Source: Nemertoderma westbladi
Taxonomy: Eukaryota; Animalia; Xenacoelomorpha
Assembly (NCBI GenBank): GCA_032718475.1
Contig: JAUCBJ010000716.1
Span: 1 to 48,294, forward strand
Direction: 5' to 3'
DNA: 48,294 bases
Shown: positions 30,001-45,000 of the stretch, piece by piece
Layout: every line of letters begins with the position of its first letter
Numbering within the stretch: position 1 is the stretch's first letter
Position numbers and translations under genes: made by a program
Notes under the pieces: generated by a model
The model's database searches: none
What the model was told of the DNA's origin: nothing
The model's input: the letters and a program-made list of their open reading frames with translations, nothing else

Positions 30001-33000
30001 TATAGAAGGGGAGAATAATACAATATACAAGAGAATCTAGGAATTTATAGAAGGGGAGAAGAATACAATATACAAGAGAATCTAGGAATTTATAGAAGGG
30101 GAGAAGAATACAATATACAAGAGAATCTAGGAATTTATAGAAGGGGAGAAGAATACAATATACAAGAGAATCTAGGAATTTATAGAAGGGGAGAAGAATA
30201 CAATATACAAGAGAATCTAGGAATTTATAGAAGGGGAGAAGAATACAATATACAAGATAATCTAGGAATTTATAGAAGGGGAGAAGAATACAATATACAA
30301 GAGAATCTAGGAATTTATAGAAGGGAAGAAGAATACAATATACAAGAGAATCTAGGAATTTATAGAAGGGGAGAAGAATACAATATACAAGATAATCTAG
30401 GAATTTATAGAAGGGGAGAAGAATACAATATACAAGAGAATCTAGGAATTTATAGAAGGGGAGAAGAATACAATATACAAGAGAATCTAGGAATTTATAG
30501 AAGGGGAGAAGAATACAATATACAAGAGAATCTAGGAATTTATAGAAGGGGAGAAGAATACAATATACAAGAGAATCTAGGAATTTATAGAAGGGAAGAA
30601 GAATACAATATACAAGAGAATCTAGGAATTTATAGAAGGGGAGAAGAATACAATATACAAGAGAATCTAGGAATTTATAGAAGGGGAGAAGAATACAATA
30701 TACAAGAGAATCTAGGAATTTATAGAAGGGGAGAAGAATACAATATACAAGAGAATCTAGGAATTTATAGAAGGGGAGAAGAATACAATATACAAGAGAA
30801 TCTAGGAATTTATAGAAGGGGAGAAGAATACAATATACAAGAGAATCTAGGAATTTATAGAAGGGGAGAAGAATACAATATACAAGAGAATCTAGGAATT
30901 TATAGAAGGGGAGAAGAATACAATATACAAGAGAATCTAGGAATTTATAGAAGGGGAGAAGAATACAATATACAAGAGAATCTAGGAATTTATAGAAGGG
31001 GAGAAGAATACAATATACAAGAGAATCTAGGAATTTATAGAAGGGGAGAAGAATACAATATACAAGAGAATCTAGGAATTTATAGAAGGGGAGAAGAATA
31101 CAATATACAAGAGAATCTAGGAATTTATAGAAGGGGAGAAGAATACAATATACAAGAGAATCTAGGAATTTATAGAAGGGGAGAAGAATACAATATACAA
31201 GAGAATCTAGGAATTTATAGAAGGGGAGAAGAATACAATATACAAGAGAATCTAGGAATTTATAGAAGGGGAGAAGAATACAATATACAAGAGAATCTAG
31301 GAATTTATAGAAGGGGAGAAGAATACAATATACAAGAGAATCTAGGAATTTATAGAAGGGGAGAAGAATACAATATACAAGATAATCTAGGAATTTATAG
31401 AAGGGGAGAAGAATACAATATACAAGAGAATCTAGGAATTTATAGAAGGGGAGAAGAATACAATATACAAGAGAATCTAGGAATTTATAGAAGGGGAGAA
31501 GAATACAATATACAAGAGAATCTAGGAATTTATAGAAGGGGAGAAGAATACAATATACAAGAGAATCTAGGAATTTATAGAAGGGGAGAAGAATACAATA
31601 TACAAGAGAATCTAGGAATTTATAGAAGGGGAGAAGAATACAATATACAAGAGAATCTAGGAATTTATAGAAGGGGAGAAGAATACAATATACAAGAGAA
31701 TCTAGGAATTTATAGAAGGGGAGAAGAATACAATATACAAGATAATCTAGGAATTTATAGAAGGGGAGAAGAATACAATATACAAGAGAATCTAGGAATT
31801 TATAGAAGGGAAGAAGAATACAATATACAAGAGAATCTAGGAATTTATAGAAGGGGAGAAGAATACAATATACAAGAGAATCTAGGAATTTATAGAAGGG
31901 GAGAAGAATACAATATACAAGAGAATCTAGGAATTTATAGAAGGGGAGAAGAATACAATATACAAGAGAATCTAGGAATTTATAGAAGGGGAGAAGAATA
32001 CAATATACAAGAGAATCTAGGAATTTATAGAAGGGAAGAAGAATACAATATACAAGAGAATCTAGGAATTTATAGAAGGGGAGAAGAATACAATATACAA
32101 GAGAATCTAGGAATTTATAGAAGGGGAGAAGAATACAATATACAAGAGAATCTAGGAATTTATAGAAGGGGAGAAGAATACAATATACAAGAGAATGTAG
32201 GAATTTATAGAAGGGGAGAAGAATACAATATACAAGAGAATCTAGGAATTTATAGAAGGGGAGAAGAATACAATATACAAGAGAATCTAGGAATTTATAG
32301 AAGGGGAGAAGAATACAATATACAAGAGAATCTAGGAATTTATAGAAGGGGAGAAGAATACAATATACAAGAGAATCTAGGAATTTATAGAAGGGGAGAA
32401 GAATACAATATACAAGAGAATCTAGGAATTTATAGAAGGGGAGAAGAATACAATATACAAGAGAATCTAGGAATTTATAGAAGGGGAGAAGAATACAATA
32501 TACAAGAGAATCTAGGAATTTATAGAAGGGAAGAATAATACAATATACAAGAGAATCTAGGAATTTATAGAAGGGGAGAAGAATACAATATACAAGAGAA
32601 TCTAGGAATTTATAGAAGGGGAGAAGAATACAATATACAAGAGAATCTAGGAATTTATAGAAGGGGAGAAGAATACAATATACAAGAGAATCTAGGAATT
32701 TATAGAAGGGGAGAAGAATACAATATACAAGAGAATCTAGGAATTTATAGAAGGGGAGAAGAATACAATATACAAGAGAATCTAGGAATTTATAGAAGGG
32801 GAGAAGAATACAATATACAAGAGAATCTAGGAATTTATAGAAGGGAAGAAGAATACAATATACAAGAGAATCTAGGAATTTATAGAAGGGGAGAAGAATA
32901 CAATATACAAGAGAATCTAGGAATTTATAGAAGGGGAGAAGAATACAATATACAAGAGAATCTAGGAATTTATAGAAGGGGAGAAGAATACAATATACAA

Positions 33001-36000
33001 GAGAATCTAGGAATTTATAGAAGGGGAGAAGAATACAATATACAAGAGAATCTAGGAATTTATAGAAGGGGAGAAGAATACAATATACAAGAGAATCTAG
33101 GAATTTATAGAAGGGGAGAAGAATACAATATACAAGAGAATCTAGGAATTTATAGAAGGGGAGAAGAATACAATATACAAGAGAATCTAGGAATTTATAG
33201 AAGGGGAGAAGAATACAATATACAAGAGAATCTAGGAATTTATAGAAGGGGAGAAGAATACAATATACAAGAGAATCTAGGAATTTATAGAAGGGGAGAA
33301 GAATACAATATACAAGAGAATCTAGGAATTTATAGAAGGGGAGAAGAATACAATATACAAGAGAATCTAGGAATTTATAGAAGGGGAGAAGAATACAATA
33401 TACAAGAGAATCTAGGAATTTATAGAAGGGGAGAAGAATACAATATACAAGAGAATCTAGGAATTTATAGAAGGGGAGAAGAATACAATATACAAGAGAA
33501 TCTAGGAATTTATAGAAGGGGAGAAGAATACAATATACAAGAGAATCTAGGAATTTATAGAAGGGGAGAAGAATACAATATACAAGAGAATCTAGGAATT
33601 TATAGAAGGGGAGAAGAATACAATATACAAGAGAATCTAGGAATTTATAGAAGGGGAGAAGAATACAATATACAAGAGAATCTAGGAATTTATAGAAGGG
33701 GAGAAGAATACAATATACAAGAGAATCTAGGAATTTATAGAAGGGGAGAAGAATACAATATACAAGAGAATCTAGGAATTTATAGAAGGGGAGAAGAATA
33801 CAATATACAAGATAATCTAGGAATTTATAGAAGGGGAGAAGAATACAATATACAAGAGAATCTAGGAATTTATAGAAGGGAAGAATAATACAATATACAA
33901 GAGAATCTAGGAATTTATAGAAGGGGAGAAGAATACAATATACAAGAGAATCTAGGAATTTATAGAAGGGGAGAAGAATACAATATACAAGAGAATCTAG
34001 GAATTTATAGAAGGGGAGAAGAATACAATATACAAGAGAATCTAGGAATTTATAGAAGGGGAGAAGAATACAATATACAAGAGAATCTAGGAATTTATAG
34101 AAGGGGAGAAGAATACAATATACAAGAGAATCTAGGAATTTATAGAAGGGGAGAAGAATACAATATACAAGAGAATCTAGGAATTTATAGAAGGGGAGAA
34201 GAATACAATATACAAGAGAATCTAGGAATTTATAGAAGGGGAGAAGAATACAATATACAAGAGAATCTAGGAATTTATAGAAGGGAAGAATAATACAATA
34301 TACAAGAGAATCTAGGAATTTATAGAAGGGGAGAAGAATACAATATACAAGAGAATCTAGGAATTTATAGAAGGGGAGAAGAATACAATATACAAGAGAA
34401 TCTAGGAATTTATAGAAGGGGAGAAGAATACAATATACAAGATAATCTAGGAATTTATAGAAGGGGAGAAGAATACAATATACAAGAGAATCTAGGAATT
34501 TATAGAAGGGGAGAAGAATACAATATACAAGAGAATCTAGGAATTTATAGAAGGGAAGAAGAATACAATATACAAGATAATCTAGGAATTTATAGAAGGG
34601 GAGAAGAATACAATATACAAGATAATCTAGGAATTTATAGAAGGGGAGAAGAATACAATATACAAGATAATCTAGGAATTTATAGAAGGGGAGAAGAATA
34701 CAATATACAAGAGAATCTAGGAATTTATAGAAGGGGAGAAGAATACAATATACAAGAGAATCTAGGAATTTATAGAAGGGAAGAAGAATACAATATACAA
34801 GATAATCTAGGAATTTATAGAAGGGGAGAAGAATACAATATACAAGAGAATCTAGGAATTTATAGAAGGGAAGAATAATACAATATACAAGAGAATGTAG
34901 GAATTTATAGAAGGGGAGAAGAATACAATATACAAGAGAATCTAGGAATTTATAGAAGGGAAGAAGAATACAATATACAAGAGAATCTAGGAATTTATAG
35001 AAGGGAAGAAGAATACAATATACAAGATAATCTAGGAATTTATAAAAGGGGAGAAGAATACAATATACAAGAGAATCTAGGAATTTATAGAAGGGAAGAA
35101 TAATACAATATACAAGAGAATGTAGGAATTTATAGAAGGGGAGAAGAATACAATATACAAGATAATCTAGGAATTTATAGAAGGGGAGAAGAATACAATA
35201 TACAAGAGAATCTAGGAATTTATAGAAGGGGAGAAGAATACAATATACAAGAGAATCTAGGAATTTATAGAAGGGGAGAAGAATACAATATACAAGAGAA
35301 TCTAGGAATTTATAGAAGGGGAGAAGAATACAATATACAAGAGAATCTAGGAATTTATAGAAGGGAAGAATAATACAATATACAAGAGAATCTAGGAATT
35401 TATAGAAGGGGAGAAGAATACAATATACAAGAGAATCTAGGAATTTATAGAAGGGGAGAAGAATACAATATACAAGAGAATCTAGGAATTTATAGAAGGG
35501 GAGAAGAATACAATATACAAGAGAATCTAGGAATTTATAGAAGGGGAGAAGAATACAATATACAAGAGAATCTAGGAATTTATAGAAGGGGAGAAGAATA
35601 CAATATACAAGAGAATCTAGGAATTTATAGAAGGGGAGAAGAATACAATATACAAGAGAATCTAGGAATTTATAGAAGGGGAGAAGAATACAATATACAA
35701 GAGAATCTAGGAATTTATAGAAGGGGAGAAGAATACAATATACAAGAGAATCTAGGAATTTATAGAAGGGAAGAATAATACAATATACAAGAGAATCTAG
35801 GAATTTATAGAAGGGGAGAAGAATACAATATACAAGAGAATCTAGGAATTTATAGAAGGGGAGAAGAATACAATATACAAGAGAATCTAGGAATTTATAG
35901 AAGGGGAGAAGAATACAATATACAAGATAATCTAGGAATTTATAGAAGGGGAGAAGAATACAATATACAAGAGAATCTAGGAATTTATAGAAGGGGAGAA

Positions 36001-39000
36001 GAATACAATATACAAGAGAATCTAGGAATTTATAGAAGGGAAGAAGAATACAATATACAAGATAATCTAGGAATTTATAGAAGGGGAGAAGAATACAATA
36101 TACAAGATAATCTAGGAATTTATAGAAGGGGAGAAGAATACAATATACAAGATAATCTAGGAATTTATAGAAGAGGAGAAGAATACAATATACAAGAGAA
36201 TCTAGGAATTTATAGAAGGGGAGAAGAATACAATATACAAGAGAATCTAGGAATTTATAGAAGGGAAGAAGAATACAATATACAAGATAATCTAGGAATT
36301 TATAAAAGGGGAGAAGAATACAATATACAAGAGAATCTAGGAATTTATAGAAGGGAAGAATAATACAATATACAAGAGAATGTAGGAATTTATAGAAGGG
36401 GAGAAGAATACAATATACAAGAGAATCTAGGAATTTATAGAAGGGAAGAAGAATACAATATACAAGAGAATCTAGGAATTTATAGAAGGGAAGAAGAATA
36501 CAATATACAAGATAATCTAGGAATTTATAAAAGGGGAGAAGAATACAATATACAAGAGAATCTAGGAATTTATAGAAGGGAAGAATAATACAATATACAA
36601 GAGAATGTAGGAATTTATAGAAGGGGAGAAGAATACAATATACAAGATAATCTAGGAATTTATAGAAGGGGAGAAGAATACAATATACAAGAGAATCTAG
36701 GAATTTATAGAAGGGGAGAAGAATACAATATACAAGATAATCTAGGAATTTATAAAAGGGGAGAAGAATACAATATACAAGAGAATCTAGGAATTTATAG
36801 AAGGGAAGAATAATACAATATACAAGAGAATGTAGGAATTTATAGAAGGGGAGAAGAATACAATATACAAGAGAATCTAGGAATTTATAGAAGGGGAGAA
36901 GAATACAATATACAAGAGAATCTAGGAATTTATAGAAGGGAAGAATAATACAATATACAAGAGAATGTAGGAATTTATAGAAGGGGAGAAGAATACAATA
37001 TACAAGAGAATCTAGGAATTTATAGAAGGGGAGAAGAATACAATATACAAGAGAATCTAGGAATTTATAGAAGGGGAGAAGAATACAATATACAAGAGAA
37101 TCTAGGAATTTATAGAAGGGGAGAAGAATACAATATACAAGAGAATCTAGGAATTTATAGAAGGGGAGAAGAATACAATATACAAGAGAATCTAGGAATT
37201 TATAGAAGGGGAGAAGAATACAATATACAAGAGAATCTAGGAATTTATAGAAGGGGAGAAGAATACAATATACAAGAGAATCTAGGAATTTATAGAAGGG
37301 AAGAATAATACAATATACAAGAGAATGTAGGAATTTATAGAAGGGGAGAAGAATACAATATACAAGATAATCTAGGAATTTATAGAAGGGGAGAAGAATA
37401 CAATATACAAGAGAATCTAGGAATTTATAGAAGGGAAGAATAATACAATATACAAGAGAATGTAGGAATTTATAGAAGGGGAGAAGAATACAATATACAA
37501 GAGAATCTAGGAATTTATAGAAGGGGAGAAGAATACAATATACAAGAGAATCTAGGAATTTATAGAAGGGGAGAAGAATACAATATACAAGATAATCTAG
37601 GAATTTATAAAAGGGGAGAAGAATACAATATACAAGAGAATCTAGGAATTTATAGAAGGGAAGAATAATACAATATACAAGAGAATGTAGGAATTTATAG
37701 AAGGGGAGAAGAATACAATATACAAGAGAATCTAGGAATTTATAGAAGGGGAGAAGAATACAATATACAAGAGAATCTAGGAATTTATAGAAGGGGAGAA
37801 GAATACAATATACAAGAGAATGTAGGAATTTATAGAAGGGGAGAAGAATACAATATACAAGAGAATCTAGGAATTTATAGAAGGGGAGAAGAATACAATA
37901 TACAAGAGAATCTAGGAATTTATAGAAGGGGAGAAGAATACAATATACAAGAGAATCTAGGAATTTATAGAAGGGAAGAATAATACAATATACAAGAGAA
38001 TGTAGGAATTTATAGAAGGGGAGAAGAATACAATATACAAGATAATCTAGGAATTTATAGAAGGGGAGAAGAATACAATATACAAGAGAATCTAGGAATT
38101 TATAGAAGGGAAGAATAATACAATATACAAGAGAATGTAGGAATTTATAGAAGGGGAGAAGAATACAATATACAAGAGAATCTAGGAATTTATAGAAGGG
38201 GAGAAGAATACAATATACAAGAGAATCTAGGAATTTATAGAAGGGGAGAAGAATACAATATACAAGATAATCTAGGAATTTATAGAAGGGGAGAAGAATA
38301 CAATATACAAGAGAATCTAGGAATTTATAGAAGGGAAGAATAATACAATATACAAGAGAATGTAGGAATTTATAGAAGGGGAGAAGAATACAATATACAA
38401 GAGAATCTAGGAATTTATAGAAGGGGAGAAGAATACAATATACAAGAGAATCTAGGAATTTATAGAAGGGGAGAAGAATACAATATACAAGAGAATCTAG
38501 GAATTTATAGAAGGGGAGAAGAATACAATATACAAGAGAATCTAGGAATTTATAGAAGGGAAGAATAATACAATATACAAGAGAATCTAGGAATTTATAG
38601 AAGGGAAGAAGAATACAATATACAAGATAATCTAGGAATTTATAGAAGGGGAGAAGAATACAATATACAAGAGAATCTAGGAATTTATAGAAGGGAAGAA
38701 TAATACAATATACAAGAGAATGTAGGAATTTATAGAAGGGGAGAAGAATACAATATACAAGAGAATCTAGGAATTTATAGAAGGGGAGAAGAATACAATA
38801 TACAAGAGAATCTAGGAATTTATAGAAGGGGAGAAGAATACAATATACAAGAGAATCTAGGAATTTATAGAAGGGGAGAAGAATACAATATACAAGATAA
38901 TCTAGGAATTTATAGAAGGGGAGAAGAATACAATATACAAGAGAATCTAGGAATTTATAGAAGGGAAGAAGAATACAATATACAAGATAATCTAGGAATT

Positions 39001-42000
39001 TATAGAAGGGGAGAAGAATACAATATACAAGAGAATCTAGGAATTTATAGAAGGGGAGAAGAATACAATATACAAGAGAATCTAGGAATTTATAGAAGGG
39101 GAGAAGAATACAATATACAAGATAATCTAGGAATTTATAGAAGGGGAGAAGAATACAATATACAAGAGAATCTAGGAATTTATAGAAGGGGAGAAGAATA
39201 CAATATACAAGAGAATCTAGGAATTTATAGAAGGGGAGAAGAATACAATATACAAGAGAATCTAGGAATTTATAGAAGGGAAGAATAATACAATATACAA
39301 GATAATCTAGGAATTTATAGAAGGGGAGAAGAATACAATATACAAGAGAATCTAGGAATTTATAGAAGGGGAGAAGAATACAATATACAAGATAATCTAG
39401 GAATTTATAGAAGGGGAGAAGAATACAATATACAAGATAATCTAGGAATTTATAGAAGGGGAGAAGAATACAATATACAAGAGAATCTAGGAATTTATAG
39501 AAGGGGAGAAGAATACAATATACAAGAGAATCTAGGAATTTATAGAAGGGAAGAATAATACAATATACAAGAGAATGTAGGAATTTATAGAAGGGGAGAA
39601 GAATACAATATACAAGAGAATCTAGGAATTTATAGAAGGGGAGAAGAATACAATATACAAGATAATCTAGGAATTTATAGAAGGGGAGAAGAATACAATA
39701 TACAAGAGAATCTAGGAATTTATAGAAGGGAAGAATAATACAATATACAAGAGAATGTAGGAATTTATAGAAGGGGAGAAGAATACAATATACAAGAGAA
39801 TCTAGGAATTTATAGAAGGGGAGAAGAATACAATATACAAGATAATCTAGGAATTTATAGAAGGGGAGAAGAATACAATATACAAGAGAATCTAGGAATT
39901 TATAGAAGGGAAGAAGAATACAATATACAAGAGAATCTAGGAATTTATAGAAGGGGAGAAGAATACAATATACAAGAGAATCTAGGAATTTATAGAAGGG
40001 AAGAAGAATACAATATACAAGATAATCTAGGAATTTATAGAAGGGGAGAAGAATACAATATACAAGAGAATCTAGGAATTTATAGAAGGGAAGAATAATA
40101 CAATATACAAGAGAATGTAGGAATTTATAGAAGGGGAGAAGAATACAATATACAAGAGAATCTAGGAATTTATAGAAGGGGAGAAGAATACAATATACAA
40201 GATAATCTAGGAATTTATAGAAGGGGAGAAGAATACAATATACAAGAGAATCTAGGAATTTATAGAAGGGGAGAAGAATACAATATACAAGAGAATCTAG
40301 GAATTTATAGAAGGGAAGAAGAATACAATATACAAGAGAATCTAGGAATTTATAGAAGGGAAGAAGAATACAATATACAAGATAATCTAGGAATTTATAG
40401 AAGGGGAGAAGAATACAATATACAAGAGAATCTAGGAATTTATAGAAGGGAAGAATAATACAATATACAAGAGAATGTAGGAATTTATAGAAGGGGAGAA
40501 GAATACAATATACAAGAGAATGTAGGAATTTATAGAAGGGGAGAAGAATACAATATACAAGATAATCTAGGAATTTATAGAAGGGGAGAAGAATACAATA
40601 TACAAGAGAATCTAGGAATTTATAGAAGGGGAGAAGAATACAATATACAAGAGAATCTAGGAATTTATAGAAGGGGAGAAGAATACAATATACAAGAGAA
40701 TGTAGGAATTTATAGAAGGGGAGAAGAATACAATATACAAGATAATCTAGGAATTTATAGAAGGGGAGAAGAATACAATATACAAGAGAATCTAGGAATT
40801 TATAGAAGGGAAGAAGAATACAATATACAAGAGAATCTAGGAACTTATAGAAGGGGAGAAGAATACAATATACAAGAGAATCTAGGAATTTATAGAAGGG
40901 GGGAAGAATACAATATACAAGAGAATCTAAGAATTTATAGAAGGGGAGAAGAATACAATATACAAGAGAATCTAGGAATTTATAGAAGGGGAGAAGAATA
41001 CAATATACAAGATAATCTAGGAATTTATAGAAGGGGAGAAGAATACAATATACAAGAGAATCTAGGAATTTATAGAAGGGGAGAAGAATACAATATACAA
41101 GATAATCTAGGAATTTATAGAAGGGAAGAATAATACAATATACAAGAGAATGTAGGAATTTATAGAAGGGGAGAAGAATACAATATACAAGAGAATCTAG
41201 GAATTTATAGAAGGGAAGAATAATACAATATACAAGAGAATCTAGGAATTTATAGAAGGGGAGAAGAATACAATATACAAGAGAATCTAGGAATTTATAG
41301 AAGGGAAGAATAATACAATATACAAGAGAATGTAGGAATTTATAGAAGGGGAGAAGAATACAATATACAAGAGAATCTAGGAATTTATAGAAGGGGAGAA
41401 GAATACAATATACAAGAGAATCTAGGAATTTATAGAAAGGGAGAAGAATACAATATACAAGAGAATCTAGGAATTTATAGAAGGGGAGAAGAATACAATA
41501 TACAAGAGAATGTAGGAATTTATAGAAGGGGAGAAGAATACAATATACAAGAGAATCTAGGAATTTATAGAAGGGGAGAAGAATACAATATACAAGAGAA
41601 TCTAGGAATTTATAGAAAGGGAGAAGAATACAATATACAAGAGAATCTAGGAATTTATAGAAGGGGAGAAGAATACAATATACAAGAGAATCTAGGAATT
41701 TATAGAAAGGGAGAAGAATACAATATACAAGAGAATCTAGGAATTTATAGAAGGGGAGAAGAATACAATATACAAGAGAATCTAGGAATTTATAGAAGGG
41801 GAGAAGAATACAATATACAAGAGAATCTAGGAATTTATAGAAGGGGAGAAGAATACAATATACAAGATAATCTAGGAATTTATAGAAGGGAAGAATAATA
41901 CAATATACAAGAGAATGTAGGAATTTATAGAAGGGGAGAAGAATACAATATACAAGAGAATCTAGGAATTTATAGAAGGGAAGAATAATACAATATACAA

Positions 42001-45000
42001 GAGAATCTAGGAATTTATAGAAGGGGAGAAGAATACAATATACAAGAGAATCTAGGAATTTATAGAAGGGAAGAATAATACAATATACAAGAGAATGTAG
42101 GAATTTATAGAAGGGGAGAAGAATACAATATACAAGAGAATCTAGGAATTTATAGAAGGGAAGAATAATACAATATACAAGAGAATCTAGGAATTTATAG
42201 AAGGGGAGAAGAATACAATATACAAGAGAATCTAGGAATTTATAGAAGGGGAGAAGAATACAATATACAAGAGAATCTAGGAATTTATAGAAGGGGAGAA
42301 GAATACAATATAGAAGAGAATCTAGGAATTTATAGAAGGGGAGAAGAATATACAAGAGAATCTAGGAATTTATAGAAGGGGAGAAGAATACAATATACAA
42401 GAGAATCTAGGAATTTATAGAAGGGGAGAAGAATACAATATACAAGAGAATCTAAGAATTTATAGAAGGGGAGAAGAATACAATATACAAGATAATCTAG
42501 GAATTTATAGAAGGGGAGAAGAATACAATATACAAGAGAATCTAAGAATTTATAGAAGGGGAGAAGAATACAATATACAAGATAATCTAGGAATTTATAG
42601 AAGGGGAGAAGAATACAATATACAAGAGAATCTAGGAATTTATAGAAGGGAAGAATAATACAATATACAAGAGAATGTAGGAATTTATAGAAGGGGAGAA
42701 GAATACAATATACAAGAGAATCTAGGAATTTATAGAAAGGGAGAAGAATACAATATACAAGATAATCTAGGAATTTATAGAAGGGGAGAAGAATACAATA
42801 TACAAGATAATCTAGGAATTTATAGAAGGGGGGAAGAATACAATATAGAAGAGAATCTAGGAATTTATAGAAGGGAAGAAGAATACAATATACAAGAGAA
42901 TCTAGGAATTTATAGAAGGGGAGAAGAATACAATATACAAGAGAATTTAGGAACTTATAGAAGGGGAGAAGAATACAATATACAAGAGAATCTAGGAATT
43001 TATAGAAGGGGAGAAGAATACAATATAGAAGAGAATCTAGGAATTTATAGAAGGGAAGAAGAATACAATATACAAGAGAATCTAGGAATTTATAGAAGGG
43101 GAGAAGAATACAATATACAAGAGAATTTAGGAACTTATAGAAGGGGAGAAGAATACAATATACAAGAGAATCTAGGAATTTATAGAAGGGGAGAAGAATA
43201 CAATATACAAGATAATCTAGGAATTTATAGAAGGGGGGAAGAATACAATATACAAGAGAATCTAGGAATTTATAGAAGGGAAGAAGAATACAATATACAA
43301 GAGAATCTAGGAATTTATAGAAGGGGAGAAGAATACAATATACAAGAGAATTTAGGAACTTATAGAAGGGGAGAAGAATACAATATACAAGAGAATCTAG
43401 GAATTTATAGAAGGGGAGAAGAATACAATATAGAAGAGAATCTAGGAATTTATAGAAGGGGAGAAGAATACAATATACAAGAGAATCTAGGAATTTATAG
43501 AAGGGGAGAAGAATACAATATAGAAGAGAATCAAGGAACTTATAGAAGGGGAGAAGAATACAATATACAAGAGAATCTAAGAATTTATAGAAGGGGAGAA
43601 GAATACAATATACAAGAGAATCTAGGAATTTATAGAAGGGGAGAAGAATACAATATAGAAGAGAATCAAGGAACTTATAGAAGGGGAGAAGAATACAATA
43701 TACAAGAGAATCTAGGAATTTATAGAAGGGGAGAAGAATACAATATACAAGAGAATCTAAGAATTTATAGAAGGGGAGAAGAATACAATATACAAGAGAA
43801 TCTAGGAATTTATAGAAGGGGAGAAGAATACAATATACAAGAGAATCTAGGAATTTATAGAAGGGGAGAAGAATACAATATACAAGAGAATCTAGGAATT
43901 TATAGAAGGGGAGAAGAATACAATATAGAAGAGAATCTAGGAATTTATAGAAGGGGAGAAGAATACAATATACAAGAGAATCTAGGAATTTATAGAAGGG
44001 GAGAAGAATACAATATACAAGAGAATCTAGGAATTTATAGAAGGGGAGAAGAATACAATATACAAGAGAATCTAGGAATTTATAGAAGGGGAGAAGAATA
44101 CAATATAGAAGAGAATCTAGGAATTTATAGAAGGGGAGAAGAATACAATATACAAGAGAATCTAGGAATTTATAGAAGGGGAGAAGAATACAATATACAA
44201 GAGAATCTAAGAATTTATAGAAGGGGAGAAGAATACAATATACAAGAGAATCTAGGAATTTATAGAAGGGGAGAAGAATACAATATACAAGAGAATCTAG
44301 GAATTTATAGAAGGGGAGAAGAATACAATATACAAGAGAATCTAGGAATTTATAGAAGGGGAGAAGAATACAATATACAAGAGAATCTAGGAATTTATAG
44401 AAGGGGAGAAGAATACAATATACAAGAGAATCTAGGAATTTATAGAAGGGGAGAAGAATACAATATACAAGAGAATCTAGGAATTTATAGAAGGGGAGAA
44501 GAATACAATATACAAGAGAATCTAGGAATTTATAGAAGGGGAGAAGAATACAATATACAAGAGAATCTAGGAATTTATAGAAGGGGAGAAGAATACAATA
44601 TACAAGAGAATCTAGGAATTTATAGAAGGGGAGAAGAATACAATATACAAGAGAATCTAGGAATTTATAGAAGGGGAGAAGAATACAATATACAAGAGAA
44701 TCTAGGAATTTATAGAAGGGGAGAAGAATACAATATACAAGAGAATCTAGGAATTTATAGAAGGGGAGAAGAATACAATATAGAAGAGAATCTAGGAATT
44801 TATAGAAGGGGAGAAGAATACAATATACAAGAGAATCTAGGAACTTATAGAAGGGGAGAAGAATACAATATACAAGAGAATCTAGGAATTTATAGAAGGG
44901 GAGAAGAATACAATATACAAGAGAATCTAGGAATTTATAGAAGGGGAGAAGAATACAATATACAAGAGAATCTAGGAATTTATAGAAGGGGAGAAGAATA

